Part shown: piece by piece, positions 1-11,800 of the stretch
Layout of the letters: each line of letters starts with the position of its first letter
How positions within the stretch are numbered: position 1 is the stretch's first letter
Source: Phoronis australis
Lineage: Eukaryota; Animalia; Phoronida
NCBI GenBank assembly: GCA_002633005.1
Contig: NMRA01000779.1
Span: 75,271 to 125,491, forward strand
Direction: 5' to 3'
Length of the DNA: 50,221 nt
Notes under the pieces: model-generated
Seen by the model: only the letters and a program-made list of their open reading frames with translations
Told to the model about the DNA's origin: nothing
Databases searched by the model: none
Position numbers and translations under genes: made by a program

Positions 1-919
1 CAGCTCAATCTTCATTGTGGCCTAAATCAGACACAAACAAATTATTGCAAAAAAGATAACATGTATTTAGTTACAATTGAGCGATATTTCACTAAAAGCG
101 CGTGCGTGTTCCCCATACCAAGATGAAAACACTTACTTTTAGTTACACGACTAATGAATAAATCAGTGGAGAATCTATGGGACGTTCAAAGGATTTGTCC
201 TCAATAAATGACTTCTGAGGCCATTTGTTAGTAGCAGATGTGCGCAAAATGTTTCCGAAATTCAAGCGTAGCCTCTTTTTCGTACAATCTTATACTGTTT
301 TGACAATATAGGCCTGTAGCGAAATACAGCCAATGTTCCCGGCGCGGTGGTGGCGACACTTCTTACTCATCGAAAGACGACTACATTTTTTACTTAAATT
401 TGTTTTGATTTCCTGCACATAGCACACTCTAGCTATCCCTTGTCAAAAGGTGTAGGCCTAAAATTACCCGTTGGTGATTGGAACTTTTATGGGCCATTCG
501 TCCATTTTCATTACTTTTCAGTTCATCTAAGTCAACCTTCCACGTTTTCAAAAAGTTGCTCCTTGTTTTTCCGAAATGTTGAACCTATTGGTTCAGCGTC
601 ACACCTAACATACGCGTGAGTCTAAATACGCGTGCAGACTATAAGCAAACTTTTAAGAATACAACAAGACAGACCAAACTGTATTATACAGAAGACAGCG
701 CTAATTTAGCTTCCGCAGACACGTGATCCCAATGAAATATGTAAACTGAAGAGAATATCTCTAGACGCTTTCGGTACAGGTGATTTTTAACGCTTTTAAA
801 AAAATTCGACTGTTTGAATTGTTGTTCATCCAAATGTGGAGAGGTCAGCGCTTACAGTTCTGTAGCAGCTGCACTAAGCTTTAAGGGAGAGAAAAGTAAT
901 CAGCAGTAGCTGCCAAACG

Positions 920-1115
920 TTCTGCCGCTGAGCCAAATCCCACGATAACAGCTAGAGTACGCTCTGCCACTGAGCCAAATCCCCCGGTAACAAAGTATGC
1001 TGTGCCGCTGAGCCAAATCCCACGATAACAGAGTACGCTCTGCCGCTGAGCCAAAAATCTCGATAACAGAGTAAATGTAGGCTCTGCCGCTGAGCCAAAT
1101 CCCTCGATAACAGAG
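920..1115. repeat. 38-bp minisatellite, left part (about 5 copies)
   Basis: Unit tctgccgctgagccaaatcccacgataacagagtacgc repeated; the same unit resumes at 4645-4808. Confidence 0.95.
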
Positions 1116-4100
1116 ATTGAACTTCTTTTGACTGCTGGTGACATAGAGGTCAATCCAAGACCAGGCACTCAGGGTTTCGCCAGCTTCAAGGTCTTATTCA
1201 CTATCATCAACAGTACCAAGGCGAACAATCTTATTTGAACTTCTCAAGCAATTTATTACAGACAACAATTACATGGTCATTGCCATATGTGAATCCGGAA
1301 CACTGTCCGAAGACAACCTCAGTGCACTTATTATTCCAGAATACAACATTGCCTACCACGCTAACGCCGGGAGGGGGTTGATCTTGTTTGTCCACAACTC
1401 CGTAAATTACAAAACAATTGATGATAAAATTATACAATCAATGAATAACTGTTGGATTGAACTTTACGTCAACCACAAGAAGGTATATTATGGTTTTTCA
1501 ATCGCTCACCCTCACAGACGCCCCATGAAAGGAAAGCATGTTTCAAGACCTGTTCAGAACAACTGCAAGAACTCTCACAGTTTAATAAAACAATTGTTAT
1601 CAAAGGGAATTTCAACGCAAGAAATAGTACTTGGTACTCAGAAGACAATGACAACCAAGCCGGTCTCGAATTATTCGATATTCTCCTCTCAAATGACTGT
1701 GTACAACTAATAAACGAACCGACACGTTTAACAGGTTATTCACATTCTTGCCTTGATTTATGTTTCACAAAGTAACAATCTCGGATTAATTGAAGCCACT
1801 TCTGTAAGGCCTCCCATTGGTAACTCAGACCACCGCGTTGTAGAAACAACGTTCACACTCAACTGCGCACATAAAGAACAAGACATTATGAAGAAGAACT
1901 GGAATTACAACCTCATTAACATGGACAAACTGCGCTCTGACATAACCACATTTAACTGGACTGAAATACTTAACAAAAGTGACATAAATGACGCAGTCTC
2001 AATATTCGCACAGTCACTCTACAACATACTAGATAATAATATCCCGTCGACCATGAAAACAATAAAAACCAAGAACAAACCGTTGTTTAACAATAACATT
2101 AAGTCTGAATAAATAAAAGAAATAAACTGTACAGATGATTCAGAAAATCAAATAACCCGTGTACATGTATGTTCAAGTGCTACAAAGAACAGTGCAAGAA
2201 TGTGGAAGAAATAATTAAAAAGACAAAACAAGACTATAAGATGAAAATTGTCTCCAATATCATAAATGTCTCCAAAAATTCTAAGGAATATTGGGATATA
2301 GTAAACAAAATTCGAGGACAGGTAAACCAATCATCATACCCCACCATCCTCTCAAAGGAATCCAACTCTCAGGCGTTATCCAAAGCTGATAAAAGTAACT
2401 TATTTCTAGACTACTTCACCGCCAAGAGTCACATTGCACCAACAACAAACTTCCCCGAATTCCCAAACAGAACATTAGAACACCCATCTGATATACAAGC
2501 CCAACCATCTGAAGTCAGAAAACTACTAGAAAACATTGACGAAAACAAAAACGACGGTACCAATCTCATAACCAATAAAATGGTCTAGGTAATAACAAGA
2601 GAGTTTACAGTTCCTCTGGTAACATTATATAACAAAATACTATAACCTGGAAATTTTCCTTCGAACTGGAAGCTTGGCGTTATGATACCAATGCACAAAA
2701 AGAACTCCAAAACAGACATTGCCAACTATCGCCCCTAACACCTTATCCAAAATTTTAGAAAATATCATCTCTCAACACATGTTTGACCACCTCTCTTCAC
2801 AAAACCTCATATAACGTCGCCAATTTGGATTCATGCCTGGTAACAGCACTGTGTCCCAACTTACAAAAATTGTACACGACATCCACCTCCAGTTTGAGCA
2901 AGGGTACAACGTGAAATCCGTATTTTTAGACATTGCGTCAGCTTTTGATGTCGTTCCAATGACCTGCTTCTACATAAATTACAATCTTAGGGTTTCTTTG
3001 GCACTCTCCTCTTACTTTTAAAATCATATCTGGAATATAACACTCACAAAGGCCTAATTGAGGGTGTCTTATCACCTTCATCAACGCCGGGTTTCGTAAA
3101 TGCTGGAGTACCACAGGGTAGCGTACTAGGCCCCTTACTCTTTTTACTGTACATCAATAATCTTCCAGACACAACATATTCTAAAACATTCTTATATCCT
3201 GAATGATGACACTGCAGCAATTTTCCACTCATTTTCAAAAGAGCATCTCCATGACTCCTTACAATTGCAAACTAACCTTAACAAACCCTATGACTGGTTT
3301 TACAAATGGACGATGAAATTTAAACCTGACAAAAGTGTTCATCTTATATTTTCTAAGTCTAATAATACTCATTTCCAAACAAATCCAACGCTGGAATTAT
3401 CACTCAATGGGGAAGTTATCCCCAATAAGTTCACGCACAAACATCTTGGCTTGCTACTAGACCATAAGCTTACATTTACTCCTCATTGTCGCGAACTCGT
3501 TCATAAAGTATAGTGCAAAAAATTAATTAATCCATTTAGAATTATCTCTCGTCATCTCAAGTACATGCATCTTGAAACTCTGTTCAAGTCTTTTTACTTC
3601 CACATCTAGATTACTGTGACATACAACTGTAATTTACCAATCGGCAAACGCTGGCATATTTCTTCAATTAGAAAGAATACAGTACCAAGCAGCTTTAGCC
3701 ATAACAGGGGCATACAAAGGGTCCAACACAACCAAGGTTCTAAATAGTCTCAACTGTAGGAAACTAGCAAACCCGTCGTAAACTCCACCTGTCCATGTAT
3801 ATCAACACAAACAATTACTTTAACAAAATCCTCTTTGACTCCAACAAAAGACCAAACACGAGACCAGGACTGCGACAAAATAATATGTACACTATTCCAT
3901 CTTCCATCAGCCAAGCCTTCAGAAGATCAACGATATTAACTTGTATTGATAGCTGGAATTCCTTACCATTCAAAATAAAAGAAAGCATTTCAATCGTCAC
4001 TCTCAAAAATAACTTTAAAATGCATACCACTACTCAAGACTTGCCGGTCTCATTGACATCATTCCAACTTCCTCGCAACGATGAAATAACTCTATACAGA

Positions 4101-4644
4101 TGAAGATGCGGTCTATTCTTAAACAACGAGAAATTTAGACATAATTTTAATAATATTTCGCCTCTGTGTTCCTGTGGAGACACCCAGACATATCCTCATA
4201 TTTTCTTTGCTTGTGACGTATGCAAGGAGCAGAGGGTACAGCTTTTCCAGACACTCGAACAATACCCTAATGTTTACAAAAATATTCTGAAATTCCTCAA
4301 TTGCACAACAAAATTAATTTTTTTCTATATGGATGTCAAAAACTCAACCCAAATGAAAATAAGGTTTTATTCGAAATAGTATCAGAATTTCTTTATAACA
4401 TTAAATCTCTTTGTGTGAGTGGATAGAATTGTAAACATGTGTATGAAAATGAATTATTTACATTCGTAATCATATATCATTGTAATCTTAACATCAGTTT
4501 TTTTAATTTATGTAATTATATATATTAATAATTGTATATAGACTTCTTTGTATTTTTTAACCCAGATCTAATGCCTCTTGGCGCTTTCTGGGTTATGTAT
4601 ATTCATTGTATTCTGAAGATTTCGTAATACACATTAAAAAAATA
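1116..4644 (+). mobile_element. Decayed, 5'-truncated non-LTR retrotransposon (CR1/L2-type ORF2: APE endonuclease + reverse transcriptase)
   Basis: Broken + frames give APE motifs (VIAICES, GRGLILFV, SDHRVV) and RT motifs (FLDIASAFDVVP, GVPQGSVLGPLLFLLYINNL, KHLGLLLDHKLTF); many stops/frameshifts; 3' stem-loop aacccaga..tctgggtt (4559-4594), A-rich tail, and 9-bp flanking duplication ataacagag (1107-1115 / 4645-4653). Confidence 0.93.
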
Positions 4645-4808
4645 ATAACAGAGTATGCTCTGCCGCTGAGCCAAATCCCACGGTAACAGAGTACGCTCTG
4701 CCGTTGAGCCAAATCCCACGATAACAGAGTACGCTCTGCCGCTGAGCCAAATCCTACGATAACAGAGTACGGTCTGCCGCTGAGCCAAATCCCACGATAA
4801 CAGAGTAT
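4645..4808. repeat. 38-bp minisatellite, right part (about 4 copies)
   Basis: Same unit as 920-1115. Confidence 0.95.
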
Positions 4809-5717
4809 TTTAAGAGTATTTAAATAGTAAAGACACCTACCTTGATTTCAGTGACCGTCTTGAAGACAGCGGGAGAATTGGATACGAATCCTGACGTATT
4901 AGAGGTTATAATTTTATTATGAAGATTATTAGCAAAAGGTTTTTCAAGATACTTCGGAGGAATTTGAGATATTTGTTGCATTTGCTAATTTCTGCGTGTA
5001 GTTGTTCAATGAAATCATTTTTATACGAAAACTATAGACTATTGTGAACAAGAGTCCATGCATTACGACGTATGTCTATTGTGGCGTAAACTGGAAATTT
5101 GATAGCATTTAAGCCCAAAATGTTATTTAAATTATAGTTTTCGTATCGTTTTGACTTTTTAAAGCGCTCGTTTCTCGAAAATCCAATATAGGGCGTTGGT
5201 GCAAATAGATTAGACAATAAATCCTACACTTCCGTACTTTACGCTAAACTTCATGAATCCAATTTCGTCGCCAACCATGCTGGCCAAAGACGTTCCCAAA
5301 AGACACCATTTTAACATGACATCAAACATTTTTGTTAACAGAGACAGAATTCAATGGAGAATTCTAATTTCAATTTTTGAATTGTTGGTGCTAAGCCACT
5401 AAATGACCGGCCATTTGTTTAAGTTGATCCTTGAAAAAGCAACTACACACAGAGATAGATTTTAGAAATTGGTATCGATATCTTTAGATTGATAACATTC
5501 ATTGTATTATAAAAAGAAATCGATGATAAAAAGGGAGGCTACTTGAAAAATAAAGTAATGCTTAAACGCCAATTTGGCAACATAGGGGAATTCAAGCTTC
5601 TACCATGAAAGCCCCCCCCTCCCCAAAAACATTGAACGTCATCAAACATTTTTTCTAAATCTGACAAATGCAAACATAAGACATAAAGCTTTTACAAGAT
5701 CAAGTGACTGAAGCTTT

Positions 5718-5958
5718 AGCACCCTGCCCCTGTACCCACTTACAATAGCACCCTGCACCTGTACCCAACTTACGATAGCATCGCGAGCCTGTACCCACTT
5801 ACAATAGCACCCTCTACTTGTACCCAACTTACGATAGCACCCTGCACTCGTACCAAACTTACCATAGCGCCGTGGGCCCGTACCAAAATTACCATAGCAC
5901 CGTGGGCCCGTACCAAACTTACCATAGCACCGTGGGCCCGTACCAAACTTACCATAAC
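5718..5958. repeat. 29-30-bp minisatellite (about 8 copies, graded divergence)
   Basis: tagcaccctgcacctgtacccaacttacga drifting to tagcaccgtgggcccgtaccaaacttacca. Confidence 0.9.
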
Positions 5959-8854
5959 AATTCTTATCACATCAGTTTCTGCTCACAGATTGCACACGAT
6001 TTGTTGAACGATCAGATATAATGCTTTCTAGCTCTTTCTGTGGTTAGCTATTGTTAGTGTACATTGCATTATTGTAATAAACAATGAAAAATCTGTTGAA
6101 CGGTCGAACAATCTCATAAGAGCACCCGCTTGATTTATGACGAAATACAGCCAATTTTTTCGTCCAACCTTTCACGCATGATTGCGTAGTGGTGATTTAA
6201 CGCCACCTGCAGTCTACGATTCGTGACAGTGTGGGCGGTGCTACAACATTCGGCCTTAGCGAGCACAGAAAATATAAATGAATAATAAATTTAGCACTGT
6301 CAAGCACAAAACATTGTAATGAAAAGGTTTGGACATTTGTTTATGTAGTTGAACTTTTTAAAACATTTCAGACAGTATCGTCTGCTACCGGCAGTTGACA
6401 AAGCAATCCAAATTCCTCAGTGAAGCTAATGTATGAAAACTTTGCACGTCTTGGAGTCCCCTGGTGGCACGCTAGCTTATTTTCAAGTCTGTCTTGACAG
6501 CCATTCAGTCACTCTGGTGGCTGCACAATGCTCAAATTTTCATTCTTGCTCCCGTACATACGAAATTTTCCGCGATGAAAAAGTCGCACCCAGTATGAGA
6601 GCGTTCTAAACACCTCAGCTGTATTTTCGTTGCTTCAAATTTCCCCTTGGAGGTGAATTGTTCTCGGAACAAGATTTTTTGTTCGACATGTTTTGCGGTC
6701 ATCGGGACTAAACTTACGAGATATGAAGAAACAGATCGAAATAGCTGATGGCATGTTACCACCCTAGATGAATGTGACAATTTGGTCTGCTACATACGGA
6801 AGTTAATTTGCTTTCCATTATTTTTAAAATTATCTTTTGTGTTCCCACTTGAATAATTATTTGTGAATCTACATGTGTTTCAGCCGGTGCGTTTTCTGAA
6901 GGCTAAGTATGAGAAATTCTCTTGACACGGAACATACCATAGGAATCTAAAAATAATGTCTATGGAGCAAACCTTGGGAGACGCAAACGACTGTATCGGA
7001 CTATCCCGTTCTCTGCAATATGTTTAAATCCTGATTGGGTAGCTCATGTTCTAACCAGCTTCTGATTTTTTGACCTCCTAGTCGTACCGGACAGTTCAAG
7101 GTTCAGTCTCGGATTCACAAGGTACTAGGCATGAACGACATGCGTGACGGCCGGGGTGCTTTAGTTGTCGTGCGAAAAGCGAAGATATTCTCTGTGTTTC
7201 TCACGCGCTAATCCGTCGAAAGAGAACTATAACGTAACACTTCCCGTCATATAAGAGGAGCACTTAATAAATACTTTCATATTGATACACGTCTAATACT
7301 GCGAACGTGAAACTGTACTTGTACCTTAAAGCAGTACATTTTGTGAAATTTGGCGCCCCCAACCTCCGATTTTGGCTCCCCTTTAACGCCTTTTAAGGAG
7401 GCAAACCCCCGGCCACCCCTGCCTCATCGCCACAGTCGATGTACCGCCACATCACTCCAGTGCCACTCACTTGTGGAGCGACCACGGACGAGTATGAATG
7501 AACGTGAATAATAAAGTTTTCTGTATTTGCATGGCGCTTTATTCCTATTACGTGAAAGATTATGAGTGCCAGTGTATTGAACACTTGATGTGCTCTTAGG
7601 ACTAGCTGTCTGATTTAGACAACCAAAAGGCGAAAATAATCACTGATCCTCTCGAATAGCGATTACGGGGTTTCGTCACCGTTCAGCGTAATCATTCAAA
7701 TATTGTGGTGTCTTTAAAAGAAGTCATGAAAAAGTTGTTGACAACTGAATAAAATGTTTGAAACTCGGCTTTAAGTGTTAGTCATTTGTTGTCAATGAAG
7801 ATACAGCGGGCGGTGGAGAAGGTTTCGTCACAAAACAGAAATGGGGACTGAAGATGGGGCTGCCAAAAGTCGATTTCTTCTGACGACACGATATTTTGCA
7901 TCGTTTTGGCCTTAACTAACAGAAGAAATGTTATGTTGATACGGTCGTCATTTCTTTCGACGTTGTTCTTGAAGCGTATTGAATATATAAATTCAAACTG
8001 TCAAATTCCTTAGGGACCTTGCGCGCCCTATATAATTCAATATCATCATCAGTGTACTTCCAATTTTATTTAGGAATCATGGAAATAAAGTTTAATGAAG
8101 GTATTTTGAGCGTATTAGTTGTATTTTGTACTCGTTATATGGTGTTACGGCGTTTCCTACGGGCACGACTAAAGCGTCCTCGTCATGCCGTGTGTGGCCT
8201 TCGGATGCGCTAATATTTCTTTAGTAAATGCTATCATCAGTAGAAACATTATTATCCAATGACAGCGATCGAACTTATTCAAATATCCCACTGTACTTTA
8301 CGTTCTTCCTGGAGAATCTGAAATTTTGCAACATTAAAAATGCAAGTGTGACTGAATGTGATATGTAAGGTAATTGGAAAACTTGACGCTTGCCTCACCA
8401 CCCACGGTGAAGTAGGTGGTCGCCAGGACAACATGTCTCTGAATCGCACTTCGGAGGAACATGTAATGCCGATGATGACAAAAATTGCACAACTGTGGTT
8501 TCATTAAAAGCACTTGCAGTGCCCACGATATTCAGGTTGGACAAATCGAAGAGTCTACTTAGCGTAATGGCTTTGTTGAACGACGACACTAAGCGATTTA
8601 CAGGGTTATATTTACACCAGGATTAAACGGACGGATTATATAAATTTGAATTGTACTTGGACCCTTAAGAGATTTTAAGATCACTGAATGGAAAGCCGCA
8701 GGAGTTAGTTATGGATACAAACATATTTGTTATCATTTTCTCTAAGGGCTTTCATTTAGATTTAGAGTCTGTGTCAAAAACCACGTGCATTAGCGGATTT
8801 CGGAAGCATCATCCTATCGGAGGCAGAACGCCGTTGATAACACAACGCATACCA

Positions 8855-8897
8855 ATGGCGAAACGCATTGTGCTGATTCCATGTTTTTTGGTTTTAG
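8855..8897 (+). CDS. Exon 1, signal peptide start (MAKRIVLIPCFLVL)
   Basis: ATG at 8855, donor ag|gtgagt, phase 1; joined to 9666 gives MAKRIVLIPCFLVLVALQADG-SC, a typical signal peptide. Confidence 0.7.
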
Positions 8898-11800
8898 GTG
8901 AGTTTAAACATAATATTTGTGATCTTGCGAAGAGAGATTCAAAAACGGTTGAATCGCCTGTGGTCACTGTGGCCGGACGACCAATGTTCGGTGTGAATGA
9001 AACCTCATTGAAATACTTTTTCGACGGCATTTGAAAGTTACAGCAACTTTTATTTTTCGAAAATTGTTTCAAAAAGTAAATCGATTCATATGAAGAAATA
9101 ACGACATGTCGGTGCTCAATGACAACGCTGCGATTACCGTGCTGATTCAGGCAGGTAAAATAACTTCTTAACGTTACAAAAATGGTCTCAACCTCTTCTG
9201 CACTCGCTAGAAATGTCCTAATGGTTGTAAAGAGCTGAGAACTTGTGATGACTCAGTTGAGGCCAAACTTATCAATGTGGAGTTTATCCGACTGGCGACA
9301 TTTTATACGCGGTGATGATGTTCTCAAGACATCATATAAAGCGGCGTGGTGCCCAATGAATGGTATGAGACTTGCCAAATGAGGTGGAAGGCTAGTTTAT
9401 TACAGGGCGTAGCTAGGGTTAAAGAAGGGGGGAGGCAAATCGTCCCGGGCATCTCCTCGTCAGAGGCGAGCAAGCGAGTGAAGCGCGAAGCGTGCGGATC
9501 AAAGTTACCGTTACTCGTATCATCCGCCAAGCTTAAACAATAATTAGTTAGCTACGCCCACGACGCCAGATTATAAACACTCTGAACAAGACAGTGCAGA
9601 AATGGCACAACATAGTCTTGTAGCCTAAAATCTGTTTGTGCAGGTGTCTTATTCTTTATTGGCAGTTGCCCTCCAGGCTGATGGTTCCTGTAGCAACGAC
9701 GAAAAGACAGCGATAACCGGATGTTTGAATACATATCTGAATGCAGATTCGCACAGAAAAAATGAACTACCATTGGTGAAGTTTGGCATGAAACCTAAAT
9801 GCTCAGATGTGGACACTGATTGCAGGTAGGAGAAGTCAGACCTACAGCGGCGGATCATTCCATTCTCTGGTCATTGTTACGTGGAGCCAGTGGCATAGCT
9901 AATGGATGTGATTTGCGCTCGGGGTGCATCCCGACAGATTGTGACAAGGGTGGAGCGTGTTCTTATTCCGCACGTAATCAATCACTGGGGTGTACTGTAT
10001 CACATAACGTTTATATAAGTAGTCTTGAAGCGGATATAAAACCGCCTTTCACCAAAAAACTTGTGTCATCTTTTAGGGAATTGATTTTGAATTAGTCACG
10101 AGTGAAACTAGTCATGATTTTAGGGCTTCTAAACATTTCGTTATTGCTTCAGATGAGGCTAAAAAGATGTTTTGTCACGGCATACAATGACTAGTCAGGC
10201 TGCATGCATGCACTCTGACTAGTGTTTACATGTACGTGCAGTGCCAGATCACGCAACCTTTTGGTGAAGTTTTGTGGAAATTTGAATGGCTCCAAAACCT
10301 TTATCAGTAATTTCTGGCGCTTTACATTCATATTCTCAACTGCATTTCATATTCCACGTCGTTTATTACAACTCTTGTGTGGAATGAGGTTTGCGTCTCC
10401 AGCATAAGTCGCCCATGCGTGGCACTAGTTATAACTTGCGTGGCACTAGTTTTACCCTATCGTTCTACTTGACTTCTAATATTTTATATTTTTAAAAAGG
10501 AAACATGCTTTAGCCAAGTGCTGATATACTGCATGGTCCTCAACAGGTTCTCACTCAGTCCCTTGCACACGATAACAAGTAAGACCAAGCTCAGAGGAAT
10601 AGGAGCCATCTTTGTGCAATGCTCGAATGTAAGCCAGTGAAGCCAGGATTTGAACCCAGGGCCCGGTCTCCAATCTTTTTACTCGAAATGGAACTCGAAA
10701 TTAGGTTTGGCATTTTGTACTCTACTTTTGGGCGAACTCAAGATAAGTGTCTATTATTCTATGCTCGAGTACACAATAACTTACGTAGATAATTTATTGC
10801 CCTTAGTTCACAGTTTGTAAACCCAATATTAAAGCAAAAAGTTCGAGTTTGAACTCGAAATTTCGAGTTTTTACTCGAGATTGTAGCACGAATATAAGGG
10901 TCTTCAAGGGCAAACTTGAACTAGAAACTCCTATGCATTAACTATAATGTATTCGAGCACAGTCTGATAACCAATTATCTTAAGTTCGCACAAAAGGAGC
11001 AGAGAAATTGCCAAAAATAGTTTCGAGTTCGTTTCGAGTACAAAGATTAGAGACCGGGCCCAGGTCTTTCATGCGGGAGTTCGGAGCTCTAACCACTGAG
11101 CCACACTGGCTCCTCAAATAAAAACAAAAGTACACATACACAGCGGCATATATTGCCGCCTGCGGTGTTTTTCCTAGGGTTTCTCACTGAGTGCTTAAGA
11201 ATTACTTGGTTCCAGAAATAACGAGATACGTGCACTAAAGCTGAAGTTCTATACTGACAATAGTCCACTTACAGTGTAGGTATGCATGACAGGAGGTCAA
11301 GAGGTGCGCGCTCGTTATTCAAGAGTCACTTACTGCTGTCTTTAATATTCTACAATTTATAAAGTGCTTTCCCATTAGAGGCAAAACTTTGCTTTTACCG
11401 AAGTTAATATGCAAGCGAAACTTCGCTTCAAATAATAGGATTTAAAGCCGAAGCTTCAGTACTCACCGAAACTTCGATGAGTGGGAACAGTCAAAGCGAG
11501 GCTTCGTCGAAGTAATCGGTAGAGGTCGCGACAACGATATACGATGTCGCGAGATTCCTTGTTGTACTGTAGCCGACGTGCTCTCAATAGACACACGAAA
11601 ATAAATAAAATAAAGCATATCTGATGAAGAATGACACTGATCATTTTCACAAACACTCATAAATGGCAGGAGAGCAATTTTCAGTTAGCCTCGAACCCAC
11701 TGCTCAATATCCGTCTGAGAGTACGTGAATGAACTGGTATCTTAGCGATAACGTCGATATCTCTTGTTAAGTGGGAGAGGTAAGCGAAGTTTCGGCGAAG

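Noticed and set aside
8395-9072. Overlapping ORFs 8711..9034+ and 8809..9072- as standalone genes
   Set aside because: No recognisable domain; only 8855-8897 has a splice donor and signal-peptide logic
9106-9665. Alternative first exon MSVLNDNAAITVLIQ spliced to an acceptor at 9644
   Set aside because: Needs a GC donor to stay in frame; the 8855/9666 pairing has canonical sites and a better signal peptide
11040-11113. Functional tRNA gene
   Set aside because: The head is interrupted by a MITE and continues into a non-tRNA body, which fits a SINE
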